Source: Candidatus Thiothrix sulfatifontis
GTDB lineage: Bacteria; Pseudomonadota; Gammaproteobacteria; Thiotrichales; Thiotrichaceae
Direction: 5' to 3'
Assembly: GCA_022828425.1 (NCBI GenBank)
Contig: CP094685.1
Location: forward strand, 3,016,046 to 3,080,045
Length of the DNA: 64,000 bases
Translations under genes and position numbers: made by a program
In this document: piece after piece, positions 10,526 through 20,357 of the stretch
Layout of the letters: each line of letters begins with the position of its first letter
Position numbering within the stretch: position 1 is the first letter of the stretch
The notes under the pieces: model-generated
Database searches by the model: none
Told to the model about the DNA's origin: nothing
What the model saw: the letters and a program-made list of their open reading frames with translations, nothing else

Positions 10526-11560
10526 TTAATGATAACCACGCGGGTTAGTGCTTTGCCAATGCCAAGTATCCCGACACATATCCACCAAATTCTTTTCAGC
10601 CTTCCAGTGAAGCAACTGTTCTGCTAACGCTGGGTCAGCGTAACAACTCGCAATATCGCCCGCCCGCCGCGCCACAATACGGTAAGGCACCTCGCGCTCG
10701 CTGGCAGCACTGAAGGCTTTGACCATATCCAATACCGAATAGCCCTGCCCAGTACCGAGATTCACGATCAATAAATTCGGTACGTCACCACGCTGGAAAG
10801 CTTCCAAGGCTTTCACATGCCCTTTCGCCAAATCCACCACATGGATGTAATCGCGCACCCCCGTGCCGTCATGCGTCGGGTAATCGCCACCGAACACTGA
10901 CAGATGCTCGTATTGACCGACCGCTACCCGTGCAATGTAAGGCATCAGATTATTGGGAACACCTTGCGGGTCTTCACCAATTTGCCCGCTGCTGTGCGCT
11001 CCCACCGGATTGAAATAACGCAGCAAGCCAATTTTCCACTCAGGATCAGCCTTGTAAAGATCGCCGAGAATTTCCTCAATCATTAACTTGGAACGCCCGT
11101 AAGGGTTCGTCGCAGACAAGGGGAAATTTTCCTGAATAGGGGTGGTATGCGGGTCGCCATACACCGTGGCCGAAGAGCTGAACACAATGTTTTTCACGCC
11201 GTGTTGTTGCATCGCTTGTAACAGTGTCACCGTGCCTGCGACATTATTATCGTAATACGCCAGCGGCTTTTCGACCGATTCACCCACCGCTTTCAATCCG
11301 GCGAAGTGAATCACGCTGTCAATCGGATACTCGTTAAAAATGCGCCCCAGCAGCGCCGCATCACGAATATCGCCCTCAAAAAAAGGAATGCTATCAATCC
11401 CAGCCAGTGCTGCTGCACGGCGTAACGCTTCGAGGGAGCTGTTACACAGATTATCCAACACCACCACCTGAAAACCGGCGGCAAGCAGCTCAATACACGT
11501 ATGTGAACCAATGTAACCCGCGCCACCCGTCACCAAAATATGTTTCGTCATTTGTTGCAT
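10526..11560 (-). CDS. galE: UDP-glucose 4-epimerase
   Basis: ORF 10526-11572. GGAGYIGSH NAD-binding motif and catalytic YGRSK. Start set at ATG 11560 (GAGGG upstream); 11572 or 11551 are also possible. Confidence 0.85.
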   Translation of the reverse strand: MQQMTKHILVTGGAGYIGSHTCIELLAAGFQVVVLDNLCNSSLEALRRAAALAGIDSIPFFEGDIRDAALLGRIFNEYPIDSVIHFAGLKAVGESVEKPLAYYDNNVAGTVTLLQAMQQHGVKNIVFSSSATVYGDPHTTPIQENFPLSATNPYGRSKLMIEEILGDLYKADPEWKIGLLRYFNPVGAHSSGQIGEDPQGVPNNLMPYIARVAVGQYEHLSVFGGDYPTHDGTGVRDYIHVVDLAKGHVKALEAFQRGDVPNLLIVNLGTGQGYSVLDMVKAFSAASEREVPYRIVARRAGDIASCYADPALAEQLLHWKAEKNLVDMCRDTWHWQSTNPRGYH

Positions 11561-11624
11561 GTTCGCCCTCATTAATCGTCAGGCGCAAATAACACTTGCG
11601 CCTGACGTAGGGTAACAAAATCGC

Positions 11625-12068
11625 TTAGGATTTATCAGCTTTTGCAGTAACTTTATCAGCAGCTTCGGCTTTTTCGTCTTTAACAGCGGTTTTATCCGCT
11701 TTAGCATCGGTTTTTTCGGCAGCCGTTTCCGCTTTGTCAGCTTTTGGCGCATCGGTTTTAGCTGCATCCGTTGTTTTTGCCGTTTTGTCGGTTGTAGCAG
11801 CATCGGCATCCGTCAACGCAACCTGATCCTTGATTTTATCGAACAGTTTATCACCAATACCGGAGACTTCTTTCAGGTCTTCCAAGGTCTTGAATTCACC
11901 GTGTTCGGTGCGGTAGGCCACAATCGCTTCGGCCTTTTTTTCACCAATACCGTCGAGTGTATCCAACGCAGCCGCGTCTGCGGTGTTGATGTTAACGGTT
12001 TCCGCCAACACTACTGGCGATACAAACAAAGAAAACAGCAAAGAGGTGATGGCAAGTGTTTTTTTCAT
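11625..12068 (-). CDS. ComEA-family helix-hairpin-helix DNA-binding protein with Lys/Ala/Asp/Thr-rich tail
   Basis: 147 aa. Signal peptide, then INTADAAALDTLDGIGEKKAEAIVAYRTEHGEFKTLEDLKEVSGIGDKLF (HhH repeats), then a ~65-aa low-complexity KAD/KTD tail. Confidence 0.7.
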   Translation of the reverse strand: MKKTLAITSLLFSLFVSPVVLAETVNINTADAAALDTLDGIGEKKAEAIVAYRTEHGEFKTLEDLKEVSGIGDKLFDKIKDQVALTDADAATTDKTAKTTDAAKTDAPKADKAETAAEKTDAKADKTAVKDEKAEAADKVTAKADKS

Positions 12069-12181
12069 GGTCGATCTCTCATTATCAATGAATTTTTATA
12101 ACTATTGTGTTGATAAGCTCAACCAGTACACTTTGCCACAGCGCATTTACTGAGACAGCCAACTTCTGACGAGTGACTATG

Positions 12182-13156
12182 CTATTGGTCGGAATCCTGA
12201 AAATGACACGCCACCCATCTGCCTTGCGTCACCTCCCGCAACGCTGGCACTTGCGCCCGACACTTCGCCTCTGCCTGTGGGCAGCGCGTATGAAACACAC
12301 ACCCCGACGGCGGATTCAACGGCGAAGGCAACTCCCCTGCCCCCACGCGAATCTGTGCCAATCGCGCCCGTTCCTGCTGTGGGTCAGTCAACGGAATTGC
12401 CGCCAACAACAGGCGCGTATAGGGGTGCAAGGGCGCAGCATACAAACGCGCGGTATCAGCGACTTCCATCATTCGCCCCAGATACAACACCAACACGCGC
12501 TGACTCAAAGTCCTGATCACCCGCAAATCGTGCGAAATAAATAGCAACGTCAGGTGACGCTCACGCCGCAAATCCGCCAGCAGTTTCACAATTTGCCCTT
12601 GAATCGACACATCCAGCGCACTCACCGGCTCATCGCACACGATTAATTGCGGTTCGACACTCAATGCCCGCGCAATCCCAATCCGCTGGCATTGCCCACC
12701 GGAAAATTCGTGCGGGTAACGGTTGTGCATCCCACTCTCCAAGCCTACCGCTTGCAGCAAATCAGCCGCACGTTGACGAATTGCCGCTTTACCCAATTCC
12801 GGGCGCAAGGCAAGGAGCGGTTCTTGCACACACTCCCCCACTGTCATACGCGGATTCAGCGCATCTAACGGGTCTTGAAAAATACATTGCACCGCCCGCC
12901 GATAGGCTTTCATGCTGGCTTTATCTTGCGGATTCAGCGTGTTACCTTGCCATTCGACCGTGCCTTGCGTGGGTGTCACCAATTGCAAGATAGTGCGGGC
13001 AAGCGTGGATTTGCCGCAGCCTGATTCGCCGACAATCCCCAAGGTTTCGCCTGCTGGCACGCTAAACGAAACGTCGGTGAGTGCCTGCAAGGTCTGTCCC
13101 GTTTTGAGCCGGAAACGCACGCTGAGGTTGCGCACTGCCAGTTGGGGCGCGGTCAT
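12182..13156 (-). CDS. ABC transporter ATP-binding protein, oligopeptide/dipeptide (OppF/DppF-like) family
   Basis: 324 aa. Walker A GESGCGKST, signature FSGGQCQRIGIARA, Walker B LIVCDEP. C-terminal PLHPYTRLLL and GCVFHTRCP motifs typical of the Opp/Dpp ATPase tail. Confidence 0.85.
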   Translation of the reverse strand: MTAPQLAVRNLSVRFRLKTGQTLQALTDVSFSVPAGETLGIVGESGCGKSTLARTILQLVTPTQGTVEWQGNTLNPQDKASMKAYRRAVQCIFQDPLDALNPRMTVGECVQEPLLALRPELGKAAIRQRAADLLQAVGLESGMHNRYPHEFSGGQCQRIGIARALSVEPQLIVCDEPVSALDVSIQGQIVKLLADLRRERHLTLLFISHDLRVIRTLSQRVLVLYLGRMMEVADTARLYAAPLHPYTRLLLAAIPLTDPQQERARLAQIRVGAGELPSPLNPPSGCVFHTRCPQAEAKCRAQVPALREVTQGRWVACHFQDSDQ

Positions 13157-13923
13157 TCAGCCATCCAAATCAGGGAAGCCATGCGCCCGGTTTGCCCGTC
13201 GCGGCGGTAGGAAAAAAAGCGTTCTGCATCCGTGTACGTGCAGAGGTCGCCGCCGAAAATGGCGTGAACCCCAACCGCATTCAAACGTTGTCGCGCCAGC
13301 CGGTAGATGTCTGCCAACCACTTGCCGTCATTGCCGGACGGTTGAAAGGCGTTGGCGGCGGCGGAGTCGTGCTGCATGAAAACCTCACGGACTTCTGCGC
13401 CAACTTCAAACGCCGTCGGCCCAATGGCAGGCCCTAGCCACGCCAGCACATCGGCAGGCGGGCATTGCAGAGATTCGACCGTGCGTTCCAATACACCGGC
13501 TTCCAGCCCGCGCCATCCGGCATGAGCGGCGGCAACCCGCGTCCCTGCGTTGTCGCAGAACAGCACGGGTAAGCAATCGGCGGTCATAATGACGCACACT
13601 TGCCCTTTGCCGAACGCGGTGGAGGCATCGCCGGTTGGGTAGCATTCACCCATGTCCATCCCGCAGACATCGACACCGTGGACTTGCTTGAGCCACAAGG
13701 GTTCGGAAGGCAGTTGTAGAGTATCGCCGACAATCATGCGGTTGCGGGCAACGGCGTAGGGATTGTCGCCGACGTGATCGCCGAGGTTGAGGCTGTCAAA
13801 CGGTGCTGCGCTTACGCCGCCGTGACGGGTGGTGCAAACGGCACGGATGTTGGCGGGGGCTGGCCACGCGGGAGTAAGCCACCCTTCGGCTGCGCTCAGG
13901 GTACGGTTCGGGTTCGGGATCAT
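13153..13923 (-). CDS. pgeF: YfiH/PgeF family (DUF152 laccase-domain) protein
   Basis: 256 aa with MTADCLPVLF and AAAHAGWRG motifs. Its stop overlaps the start of the downstream ABC ATPase (ATGA). Position next to rluD matches E. coli rluD-yfiH. Confidence 0.8.
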   Translation of the reverse strand: MIPNPNRTLSAAEGWLTPAWPAPANIRAVCTTRHGGVSAAPFDSLNLGDHVGDNPYAVARNRMIVGDTLQLPSEPLWLKQVHGVDVCGMDMGECYPTGDASTAFGKGQVCVIMTADCLPVLFCDNAGTRVAAAHAGWRGLEAGVLERTVESLQCPPADVLAWLGPAIGPTAFEVGAEVREVFMQHDSAAANAFQPSGNDGKWLADIYRLARQRLNAVGVHAIFGGDLCTYTDAERFFSYRRDGQTGRMASLIWMAE

Positions 13924-14072
13924 GTGTTGTTACGCGGCTCCGCTAAAATCTTGATGTGATCAAGAATAACAAACATTGTGAGTAGCCCCTAATACTGCAA
14001 TTGTACGGTTACATCTGAGCCGTTCATCGTAAACCATCATGGTATTTTGATCACATATGTTATTCTGCTACC

Positions 14073-14390
14073 ATGAAACAAAAGCAATCCAAAGCAGAGC
14101 GGCTCAGCTACTTCAAGATGCGTTATCCCGACGATGCCATTCTTGAGTATGTGGTCTGGAGACTGCCACATCCAACACGGGAAAGACCACATGGCTACAA
14201 ATACCGTTACTACTACGGCAAGAGCGGTGAACGCTTGGTGGGTTACGATAATGAAGCGGGCAAGGGCGACCACAAACACATTGAAGACCGTGAATACCCG
14301 TATGTGTTTGTCAGCCTTGAACAATTAACCCGCGATTTTCTTGCGGACGTACAGGCACACAGAGCCAAAGAGGTATCCGATGACGAATAA
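14073..14390 (+). CDS. TumE-like (DUF6516-type) putative toxin
   Basis: 105 aa. YKYRYYYGKSGERLVGYDNEAGKGDHKHIEDREYPY matches my recollection of the family annotated as TA-system TumE. Overlaps the next gene by 11 nt. Confidence 0.5.
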   Translation: MKQKQSKAERLSYFKMRYPDDAILEYVVWRLPHPTRERPHGYKYRYYYGKSGERLVGYDNEAGKGDHKHIEDREYPYVFVSLEQLTRDFLADVQAHRAKEVSDDE

Positions 14391-14748
14391 TACGCTGATC
14401 ATTACCGTGCTAGACCCTGAAGCCGCCATGCAGCAAATGTTGGCGGATGCCCAACGGCTTGACCAAGGCAAAGCATTGGCTGAACCTAACAAACTCGTTT
14501 TTAGCAGCATGGAACAATTGCTTTCCAACCTGACCCCCAAACGCTGGGAACTGGTGAACCGGCTGGCAAAAGAAGGGATGCTTTCCATCAAAAAACTGGC
14601 TGAATTGCTCAAGCGTGACTACAGCAATGTCCACAGTGATGTGCAGCGTTTGCGGGAAAATGGCTTGATTGAACTCAGTGACGAAGGCAGTGTTTTTGTG
14701 CCTTGGGATGATTTGGACATCAAGCTGCATCTCAAGCGTGCTGCTTAA
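14380..14748 (+). CDS. Winged-helix/HTH putative antitoxin or transcriptional regulator
   Basis: ATG 14380 with AAAGAGG 6 nt upstream (ORF track starts at 14341). 122 aa. KRWELVNRLAKEGMLSIKKLAELLKRDYSNVHSDVQRLRENGLIE looks like a MarR/ArsR-type wHTH. Confidence 0.5.
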   Translation: MTNNTLIITVLDPEAAMQQMLADAQRLDQGKALAEPNKLVFSSMEQLLSNLTPKRWELVNRLAKEGMLSIKKLAELLKRDYSNVHSDVQRLRENGLIELSDEGSVFVPWDDLDIKLHLKRAA

Positions 14749-14910
14749 TGCCCAAAAAAGGGTCATGGACACCCTAACGCACGCTCCGCCTGACCGTAGG
14801 CAGCCGGACTCTGGCAGCAGGGGCGGACTGGCTGAACGCAATACCCGAAATCCCACATTGTTGCCTCGGTAGTCGGTGTAGCTCCTGAAACGCGCGAGAG
14901 ACTGTAAGGA

Positions 14911-15870
14911 TTATGGCACAACAATTACCGATGCGCGAAACAACTCCAACAACGCTTCCATGTCTTCAGGCACAGGCACTTCCCACGCCATCGCCTCACC
15001 CGTTGCCGGATGCGTCAACCCCAAACGGGTCGCGTGCAACGCCTGACGCGGGAACGTCTGAATCGCCGTGCGCAATTCTTCCTTCACCCCCGCAGGCACA
15101 CGCGGACGCCCGCCGTAAGTTTGATCGCCCACAATCGGCATGTGCTTCCAGCTCAGATGCACGCGGATTTGGTGAGTACGCCCCGTTTCCAGCGACACGC
15201 GCAATAAGGTGTGATGCGGGAAACGCTCTTCCACCCGGTAATGCGTAATCGCTTCCTTGCCGCCATCGTGCACCGCTTGGCGCTTGCGGTCGATGTGGTG
15301 ACGCCCGATATTGCCCTCAATCGTTGTCCCCGCCACCACTTGCGCGGATACCAGCGCGAGGTATTCGCGGCTGACATCACGCTCCTGCAACTGTTCGACC
15401 AGTTTGCTGTGCGCATCCAAGGTTTTGGCGACGACCATCAAACCCGTGGTGTCTTTGTCGAGGCGATGCACAATCCCCGCTCGCGGCAACATTTCCAGCG
15501 AACGGTCATGGTGCAATAAGCCATTGACCAGCGTACCCGACCAATTGCCTGCACCGGGGTGGACGACCAGCCCAGCGGGTTTGTTGATAATGATAATGTC
15601 ATCATCTTCGTAGACGATATTGAGCGGAATGTCTTCCGGCTCGAATTCGGTTTGTGGCTCGTGAACGGTCTCTATGGAAATTTCCTCGCCGCCTATTAAG
15701 CGCTCCTTGGGTTTGAGGATTTTATCATCGACGCGCACGCAACCGGCTTTGATCCATTTCTGAATCTGGCTGCGCGAATATTGGGGGCATAAAGTAGCAA
15801 CAGCCTGATCCAGGCGCTGACCTTCCATATTGAGTGGAACTATGCTGACGATCTGTTGATTTAGGGGCAT
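14911..15870 (-). CDS. rluD: 23S rRNA pseudouridine synthase D
   Basis: 319 aa. S4-like N-terminus and catalytic HRLDKDTTGLMVVAK. Divergent from bamD, as in E. coli. Confidence 0.9.
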   Translation of the reverse strand: MPLNQQIVSIVPLNMEGQRLDQAVATLCPQYSRSQIQKWIKAGCVRVDDKILKPKERLIGGEEISIETVHEPQTEFEPEDIPLNIVYEDDDIIIINKPAGLVVHPGAGNWSGTLVNGLLHHDRSLEMLPRAGIVHRLDKDTTGLMVVAKTLDAHSKLVEQLQERDVSREYLALVSAQVVAGTTIEGNIGRHHIDRKRQAVHDGGKEAITHYRVEERFPHHTLLRVSLETGRTHQIRVHLSWKHMPIVGDQTYGGRPRVPAGVKEELRTAIQTFPRQALHATRLGLTHPATGEAMAWEVPVPEDMEALLELFRASVIVVP

Positions 15871-15933
15871 TCTTAATCCGGTTGAATACGCTATACTTGC
15901 AAACTCATTCTATCATCATGTGTTGTTAAGCAA

Positions 15934-16731
15934 ATGTCGATAAATACAAAAAGACGACGTGCCAGCGTTTATCTGGCAAGTGTATTGGTTATGTCGGCGG
16001 CGACCAGCGGCTGCTCGATCTTTTCCCAGACCGAAAAAGACCTTACGGAAGGTTGGTCAGCCAATAAAATTTATACCACTGCGCGTGAAGCAATGAACGC
16101 AGGCGACTACGAACGCGCCATTGGCCTGTACGAGTCACTGGAAGCGCGTTACCCCTTGGGGCGTTTCGCACAACAAGCGCAATTGGAAACCGCTTATGCG
16201 TACTACAAGTTCGATGAGCCGGATTCTGCTTTGGATGCGATTGACCGCTTCCTGCGCATGAACCCTAGCAGCGAAGATGCGGATTATGCCCTGTATTTGC
16301 GCGGCTTGGTAAACTTTAACCGTGGGCACAGCATCGTGGATAAATTATTCCCACGTAGCATTGCCGATTTGGACACAGTACGGCAGAAAGAATCGTTCCA
16401 AGACTTTTCACACCTGCTGACGCGCCACCCCGGTAGCAAATACGCCCCGGATGCCCAAGAACGCATCAAGCACTTGCGCAACAGTTTGGCACAATCCGAG
16501 TTGAATGTGGCGCAATACTACATGACACGCGGCGCATGGCTGGCGGCATTCAATCGTGCGGAATACGCGGTAAAACACTACCAAGGCTCACCCGCGATTG
16601 CGGATGCATTGGAAATCAAGGTCAAAGCCGCTCACAATCTCGGCAAACCGGATTTAGCCGCCGACAACCTGCGGGTATTAGAGCTGAACTTCCCGGAACG
16701 CGCTGCTGCGCTCAAAGCCCAACTGCGCTAA
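15934..16731 (+). CDS. bamD: Outer membrane protein assembly factor BamD
   Basis: 265 aa. Lipobox ATSGCS, TPR-like repeats, and conserved position divergent from rluD. Confidence 0.85.
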   Translation: MSINTKRRRASVYLASVLVMSAATSGCSIFSQTEKDLTEGWSANKIYTTAREAMNAGDYERAIGLYESLEARYPLGRFAQQAQLETAYAYYKFDEPDSALDAIDRFLRMNPSSEDADYALYLRGLVNFNRGHSIVDKLFPRSIADLDTVRQKESFQDFSHLLTRHPGSKYAPDAQERIKHLRNSLAQSELNVAQYYMTRGAWLAAFNRAEYAVKHYQGSPAIADALEIKVKAAHNLGKPDLAADNLRVLELNFPERAAALKAQLR

Positions 16732-16834
16732 GCCCCAAACGCCGATTATCGGTTAATACTGGCAGCTTGCCTGCCAGTCATTTACAGTCGTGATAAAAGC
16801 TACCCAGCAAAATAATAATATCGGGGCTACACAC

Positions 16835-17458
16835 ATGACGATTTCCAACACTGCCGCGCTTGCCGTGTGCCTATTCAGTGTACTGAGCAGTGCTGCGATG
16901 GCAGACAACAGCTCACCTTTTTCCAAAATCAAACCGATGTCACCCATTGGCATGAATTCCAACGCCAAAGCCCCTAATTATTTAGGCGCAAGCATCGGCA
17001 CGACCACCACCGATGGGTTTTGCGATCCACTTAGCGACTGTGACAACGGCGATAAAAGCTGGAAAGCCTTCGCCGGGGTGCGCATGAATGACAATATCGT
17101 GCTGGAAGCAGGCTATGTCGATTTTGGCAAACAAAGCGGCACGGCTACCACGGGCAACATTAGCCAACAAGCCAGCGCTTTCACCACCGCTGCCGTCGCG
17201 GGCATCCCCATGAATGACCAAATCGAACTGTTCGGCAAAGCGGGCATTGCACGCTGGACATTGGAACAAACCGATAGCAGCGGCACGGTAGACAATACCG
17301 GCACTGATGTATTGGTCGGGGTGGGTGCCGACTACAACCTCGGTGACAACATGGGCGTGCGTGCCGAATGGGAACGCTTTAAAGACGTGGGCGACACCGC
17401 TGCTCATGCCAATGACATTGACTTGCTGAGTCTTGGCTTTATTTTCTCATCGTTATAA
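16835..17458 (+). CDS. Outer-membrane beta-barrel protein (OmpA-like N-terminal/OMP_b-brl type), paralogue 1
   Basis: ORF 16790-17458. Start at ATG 16835 before the signal peptide. Alternating beta-strand pattern and C-terminal LLSLGFIFSSL. Confidence 0.65.
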   Translation: MTISNTAALAVCLFSVLSSAAMADNSSPFSKIKPMSPIGMNSNAKAPNYLGASIGTTTTDGFCDPLSDCDNGDKSWKAFAGVRMNDNIVLEAGYVDFGKQSGTATTGNISQQASAFTTAAVAGIPMNDQIELFGKAGIARWTLEQTDSSGTVDNTGTDVLVGVGADYNLGDNMGVRAEWERFKDVGDTAAHANDIDLLSLGFIFSSL

Positions 17459-17499
17459 TAATTCCCTCTTACGTAGAGGGCATACAGAAAGGGGCTTGT

Positions 17500-18192
17500 A
17501 TGAAAATTTTACTTTCCTGCTCAGTAGCAGGCTTGGCGCTATTGGCTAATAGTGTCCATGCGGGCGGTCTGGAAGGCTACGGCGCACCATCCAATGTTTC
17601 ACTATACGGCGGTTTGAGTGCAGGTCTAAGCAGTCATGATGGCGCTTGCGCAACCGACACCACTGACTGCAAAGACGGTGATACCGGGCGCAAAGCCTTT
17701 GTCGGTTTACGCGCTGATCCTAATCAAAATCCGAGCGAATTATGGGCAACGCCAGCCGGTGTCATGCCTGCATCGTCCCTGCCAACCATGGGCGTGGAAC
17801 TTGGTTACATGGATCTGGGCGAAAATACTGCAAAAGGTACCGCAGGGCGTGCCGGTATTTACGAGAGTGAACTCCAGAGCGAACTCTCCGCCAGTTATGT
17901 TGCGGGCGTAGGCTACGTTCCGGTTGCGCCACGCACGGAATTACTGGGCAAAGTCGGCGCCGCCTTTTGGAAACAAAATGGCAGCAAAACCGTCGCCGAA
18001 GATGCTGAACTGGATACCACCAGCACCAACAGCGGCGTTAGCATGTTATTGGGGGCTGGCGCACAAGTTAAGCTTAACCCTAATTTGTCATTGCGCGGCG
18101 AATATGAACGGGTGCTTGGCACCGCTGCTGATACCGATTACGAAGCTGATGCGAGCTTATTGAGCGTCGGTGCGGTTTTTTCCACCTTTTAA
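17500..18192 (+). CDS. Outer-membrane beta-barrel protein, paralogue 2
   Basis: 230 aa. Signal peptide MKILLSCSVAGLALLANSVHA, C-terminal LLSVGAVFSTF. Shares a Cys-x(n)-Cys loop followed by KAF-G with its neighbours. Confidence 0.65.
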   Translation: MKILLSCSVAGLALLANSVHAGGLEGYGAPSNVSLYGGLSAGLSSHDGACATDTTDCKDGDTGRKAFVGLRADPNQNPSELWATPAGVMPASSLPTMGVELGYMDLGENTAKGTAGRAGIYESELQSELSASYVAGVGYVPVAPRTELLGKVGAAFWKQNGSKTVAEDAELDTTSTNSGVSMLLGAGAQVKLNPNLSLRGEYERVLGTAADTDYEADASLLSVGAVFSTF

Positions 18193-18207
18193 ACACGAGG
18201 CAACAGG

Positions 18208-18822
18208 ATGAAACGTCAATTGGCATGGTGCTTGTGCATCGGTTTAATTAGCAATGTGCAAGCGGGTGATTCCATAATGGGCAGTGATTTTAGCAATGGC
18301 CCCAAATTGTATGTCGGCGGCAGTGCGGGCAGCGCTAAACAGGGTGATACCTGCAATGACCCGTTTTTCAGCGGCGAATGCGATAATCAAGCGTTTGCGT
18401 GGAAAGCCTTTGGTGGCGCACGCTTTAACCCGATGTTGGGAGCCGAAATCGGTTATTACGACCTCGGCGATAGCAATATGAATGGCACAACGGGTGGCAG
18501 CACCGCGAAATTAAGCAACAGCACCACCGGCAGTGTCGTGACCGGGGTGGGTTACGTGCCAATTTCCCCGCAGCTAGAGGCGTTTGGCAAAGCGGGAGCG
18601 ATGGCATGGGAAAGCAAGACCAGCAAAACCTCCGGCAGCCAAACCGAAGCAACGGAAAACAGCGGCACCAGCATTCTGGTAGGCGGCGGTGCACAATTCC
18701 AACTCAACAGCAATCTACACCTGCGCGGCGAATGGGAGCACATGCTCAATATTGGTGCCGACTCCGCTTACGAAACCGATGCGGATCTGTATTCACTGGG
18801 CGTGAGTTATTCCACACTCTGA
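18208..18822 (+). CDS. Outer-membrane beta-barrel protein, paralogue 3
   Basis: 204 aa. Signal peptide, C-terminal [11 protein letters not shown], and GEWEHML matching AEWERF and GEYERV in the paralogues. Confidence 0.65.
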   Translation: MKRQLAWCLCIGLISNVQAGDSIMGSDFSNGPKLYVGGSAGSAKQGDTCNDPFFSGECDNQAFAWKAFGGARFNPMLGAEIGYYDLGDSNMNGTTGGSTAKLSNSTTGSVVTGVGYVPISPQLEAFGKAGAMAWESKTSKTSGSQTEATENSGTSILVGGGAQFQLNSNLHLRGEWEHMLNIGADSAYETDADLYSLGVSYSTL

Positions 18823-18920
18823 AAACCTATCTCCCTCGGAAGGGCTGTATTAGCACAGCCTTTCCGGTAAAGTGGCAGCACTTTTGCCTTTTTGATCGCC
18901 ACGTTTTGAGGAGAATAGTT

Positions 18921-19619
18921 ATGGCACGTCAAGCCGATTTCATTGCACCATCCATCCTGTCTGCTGACTTTGCCCGTCTGGGTGAAGAAGTGGTTAACGT
19001 CTTAGCTTCCGGTGCGGACATTGTGCATTTCGACGTAATGGATAACCATTATGTTCCTAACCTAACCATTGGTCCTTTGGTATGCGAAGCGCTGCGCAAG
19101 CACGGCGTAACCGCACCGATTGATGTGCATTTGATGGTTAAGCCGGTTGACCGCATTATTCCTGACTTCGCCAAAGCGGGCGCGTCTTACATCACCTTCC
19201 ACCCGGAAGCGTCTGAACACGTTGACCGCACCCTGCAACTGATCCGCAACGAAGGCTGCAAAGCAGGTCTGGTATTCAACCCGGCTACACCGCTGAATAT
19301 CTTGGAATATTTGATGGACAAGGTGGACATGATCCTGCTGATGTCGGTCAACCCCGGCTTTGGTGGTCAGAGTTTCATCCCCTCCACGCTGACCAAATTG
19401 CGCCAAGTACGCAAGATGATTGACGATTCCGGTCTGGATATTCGTTTGGAAGTCGATGGCGGCGTTAAACCGGGCAATATTCGCGAAATCAAGGAAGCCG
19501 GTGCGGATGCATTCGTGGCAGGTTCTGCGATTTTCAACGTGGCTAACAAAGCTGACCCGAACCATTACAACACTGTTCTGGCTGAATTCCGTAAGGAACT
19601 GGCAGCAGCAAAGGTTTAA
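18921..19619 (+). CDS. rpe: Ribulose-phosphate 3-epimerase
   Basis: ORF track extends to 18606, but GAGGAG plus ATG at 18921 starts [24 protein letters not shown]..., the canonical Rpe N-terminus. Confidence 0.9.
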   Translation: MARQADFIAPSILSADFARLGEEVVNVLASGADIVHFDVMDNHYVPNLTIGPLVCEALRKHGVTAPIDVHLMVKPVDRIIPDFAKAGASYITFHPEASEHVDRTLQLIRNEGCKAGLVFNPATPLNILEYLMDKVDMILLMSVNPGFGGQSFIPSTLTKLRQVRKMIDDSGLDIRLEVDGGVKPGNIREIKEAGADAFVAGSAIFNVANKADPNHYNTVLAEFRKELAAAKV

Positions 19620-19625
19620 ATCCCC

Positions 19626-20297
19626 ATGTTCAAACCGAAAATGGTATTGATCGACGTGGACGGGACGCTGGTTGACAGCGTTCCCGATCTGACGTTTTGT
19701 GTCGATGAAATGATGCAGCAGTTAGGTATGCCAGCACGCGGCGAAGCGATGGTGCGCCAATGGGTCGGAAACGGGGTGCAACGTTTGGTAGAACGCGCCT
19801 TGACCAACGATTTGGAGGGCTACCCTGACGCAGAATTGTTTGCGCGTGCCATGCCAATTTTCATGGAACTGTACGCGGAAAACACCTCGAAACGCAGCCG
19901 CTTGTACGATGGCGTGCTGGAAGGGCTGGATTTTCTGCAAAGCTGTTCAGGTTTGAAGATTGGCTGTGTCACCAATAAAGCCGAGCAATTCACCCTGCCC
20001 TTGCTGACCGATCTGGGAATTATTGACCGCTTTGAAATCATTGTCAGCGGGGATTCTTTGCCAGAAAAGAAACCGCACCCGATGCCTTTGCTACACGCTG
20101 CCGAAAAGCTGGGTGTAAAACCGGAAGACTCGATGATGATCGGCGATTCCAAGTCTGATGTGAAAGCGGCACGAGCGGCAGGTTTCCAAATCATTTGCAT
20201 GACCTATGGCTACAATCACGGCGAAGACATTCGTAATTATTCGCCGGATGCGGTCATTGATTCCATGACCGAACTCGCCAGCTTGATTAGCGCCTAA
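19626..20297 (+). CDS. gph: Phosphoglycolate phosphatase (HAD family)
   Basis: 223 aa. HAD motif I LIDVDGTLVDS. Follows rpe, as in E. coli rpe-gph. Confidence 0.8.
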   Translation: MFKPKMVLIDVDGTLVDSVPDLTFCVDEMMQQLGMPARGEAMVRQWVGNGVQRLVERALTNDLEGYPDAELFARAMPIFMELYAENTSKRSRLYDGVLEGLDFLQSCSGLKIGCVTNKAEQFTLPLLTDLGIIDRFEIIVSGDSLPEKKPHPMPLLHAAEKLGVKPEDSMMIGDSKSDVKAARAAGFQIICMTYGYNHGEDIRNYSPDAVIDSMTELASLISA

Positions 20298-20320
20298 ACA
20301 CTGAAATCCACCTCTCAATT

Positions 20321-20340
20321 CCTCCCCTGATAAGGGGAGG
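20321..20340. terminator. Hairpin between convergent gph and lysS
   Basis: CCTCCCC-TGATAA-GGGGAGG perfect 7-bp stem. Confidence 0.45.
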
Positions 20341-20357
20341 TCAAGAGGGGTTTCTTC

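Noticed and set aside
12173-12544. 123-aa plus-strand ORF (and other short ORFs at 12277-13379)
   Set aside because: They are antisense to, or out of frame with, the Opp-type ATPase and pgeF genes. Composition is Arg/Pro-rich shadow sequence.
18606-18920. N-terminal extension of the rpe ORF (337-aa version)
   Set aside because: It overlaps the third OMP gene in another frame. The canonical Rpe N-terminus begins at ATG 18921, preceded by GAGGAG.
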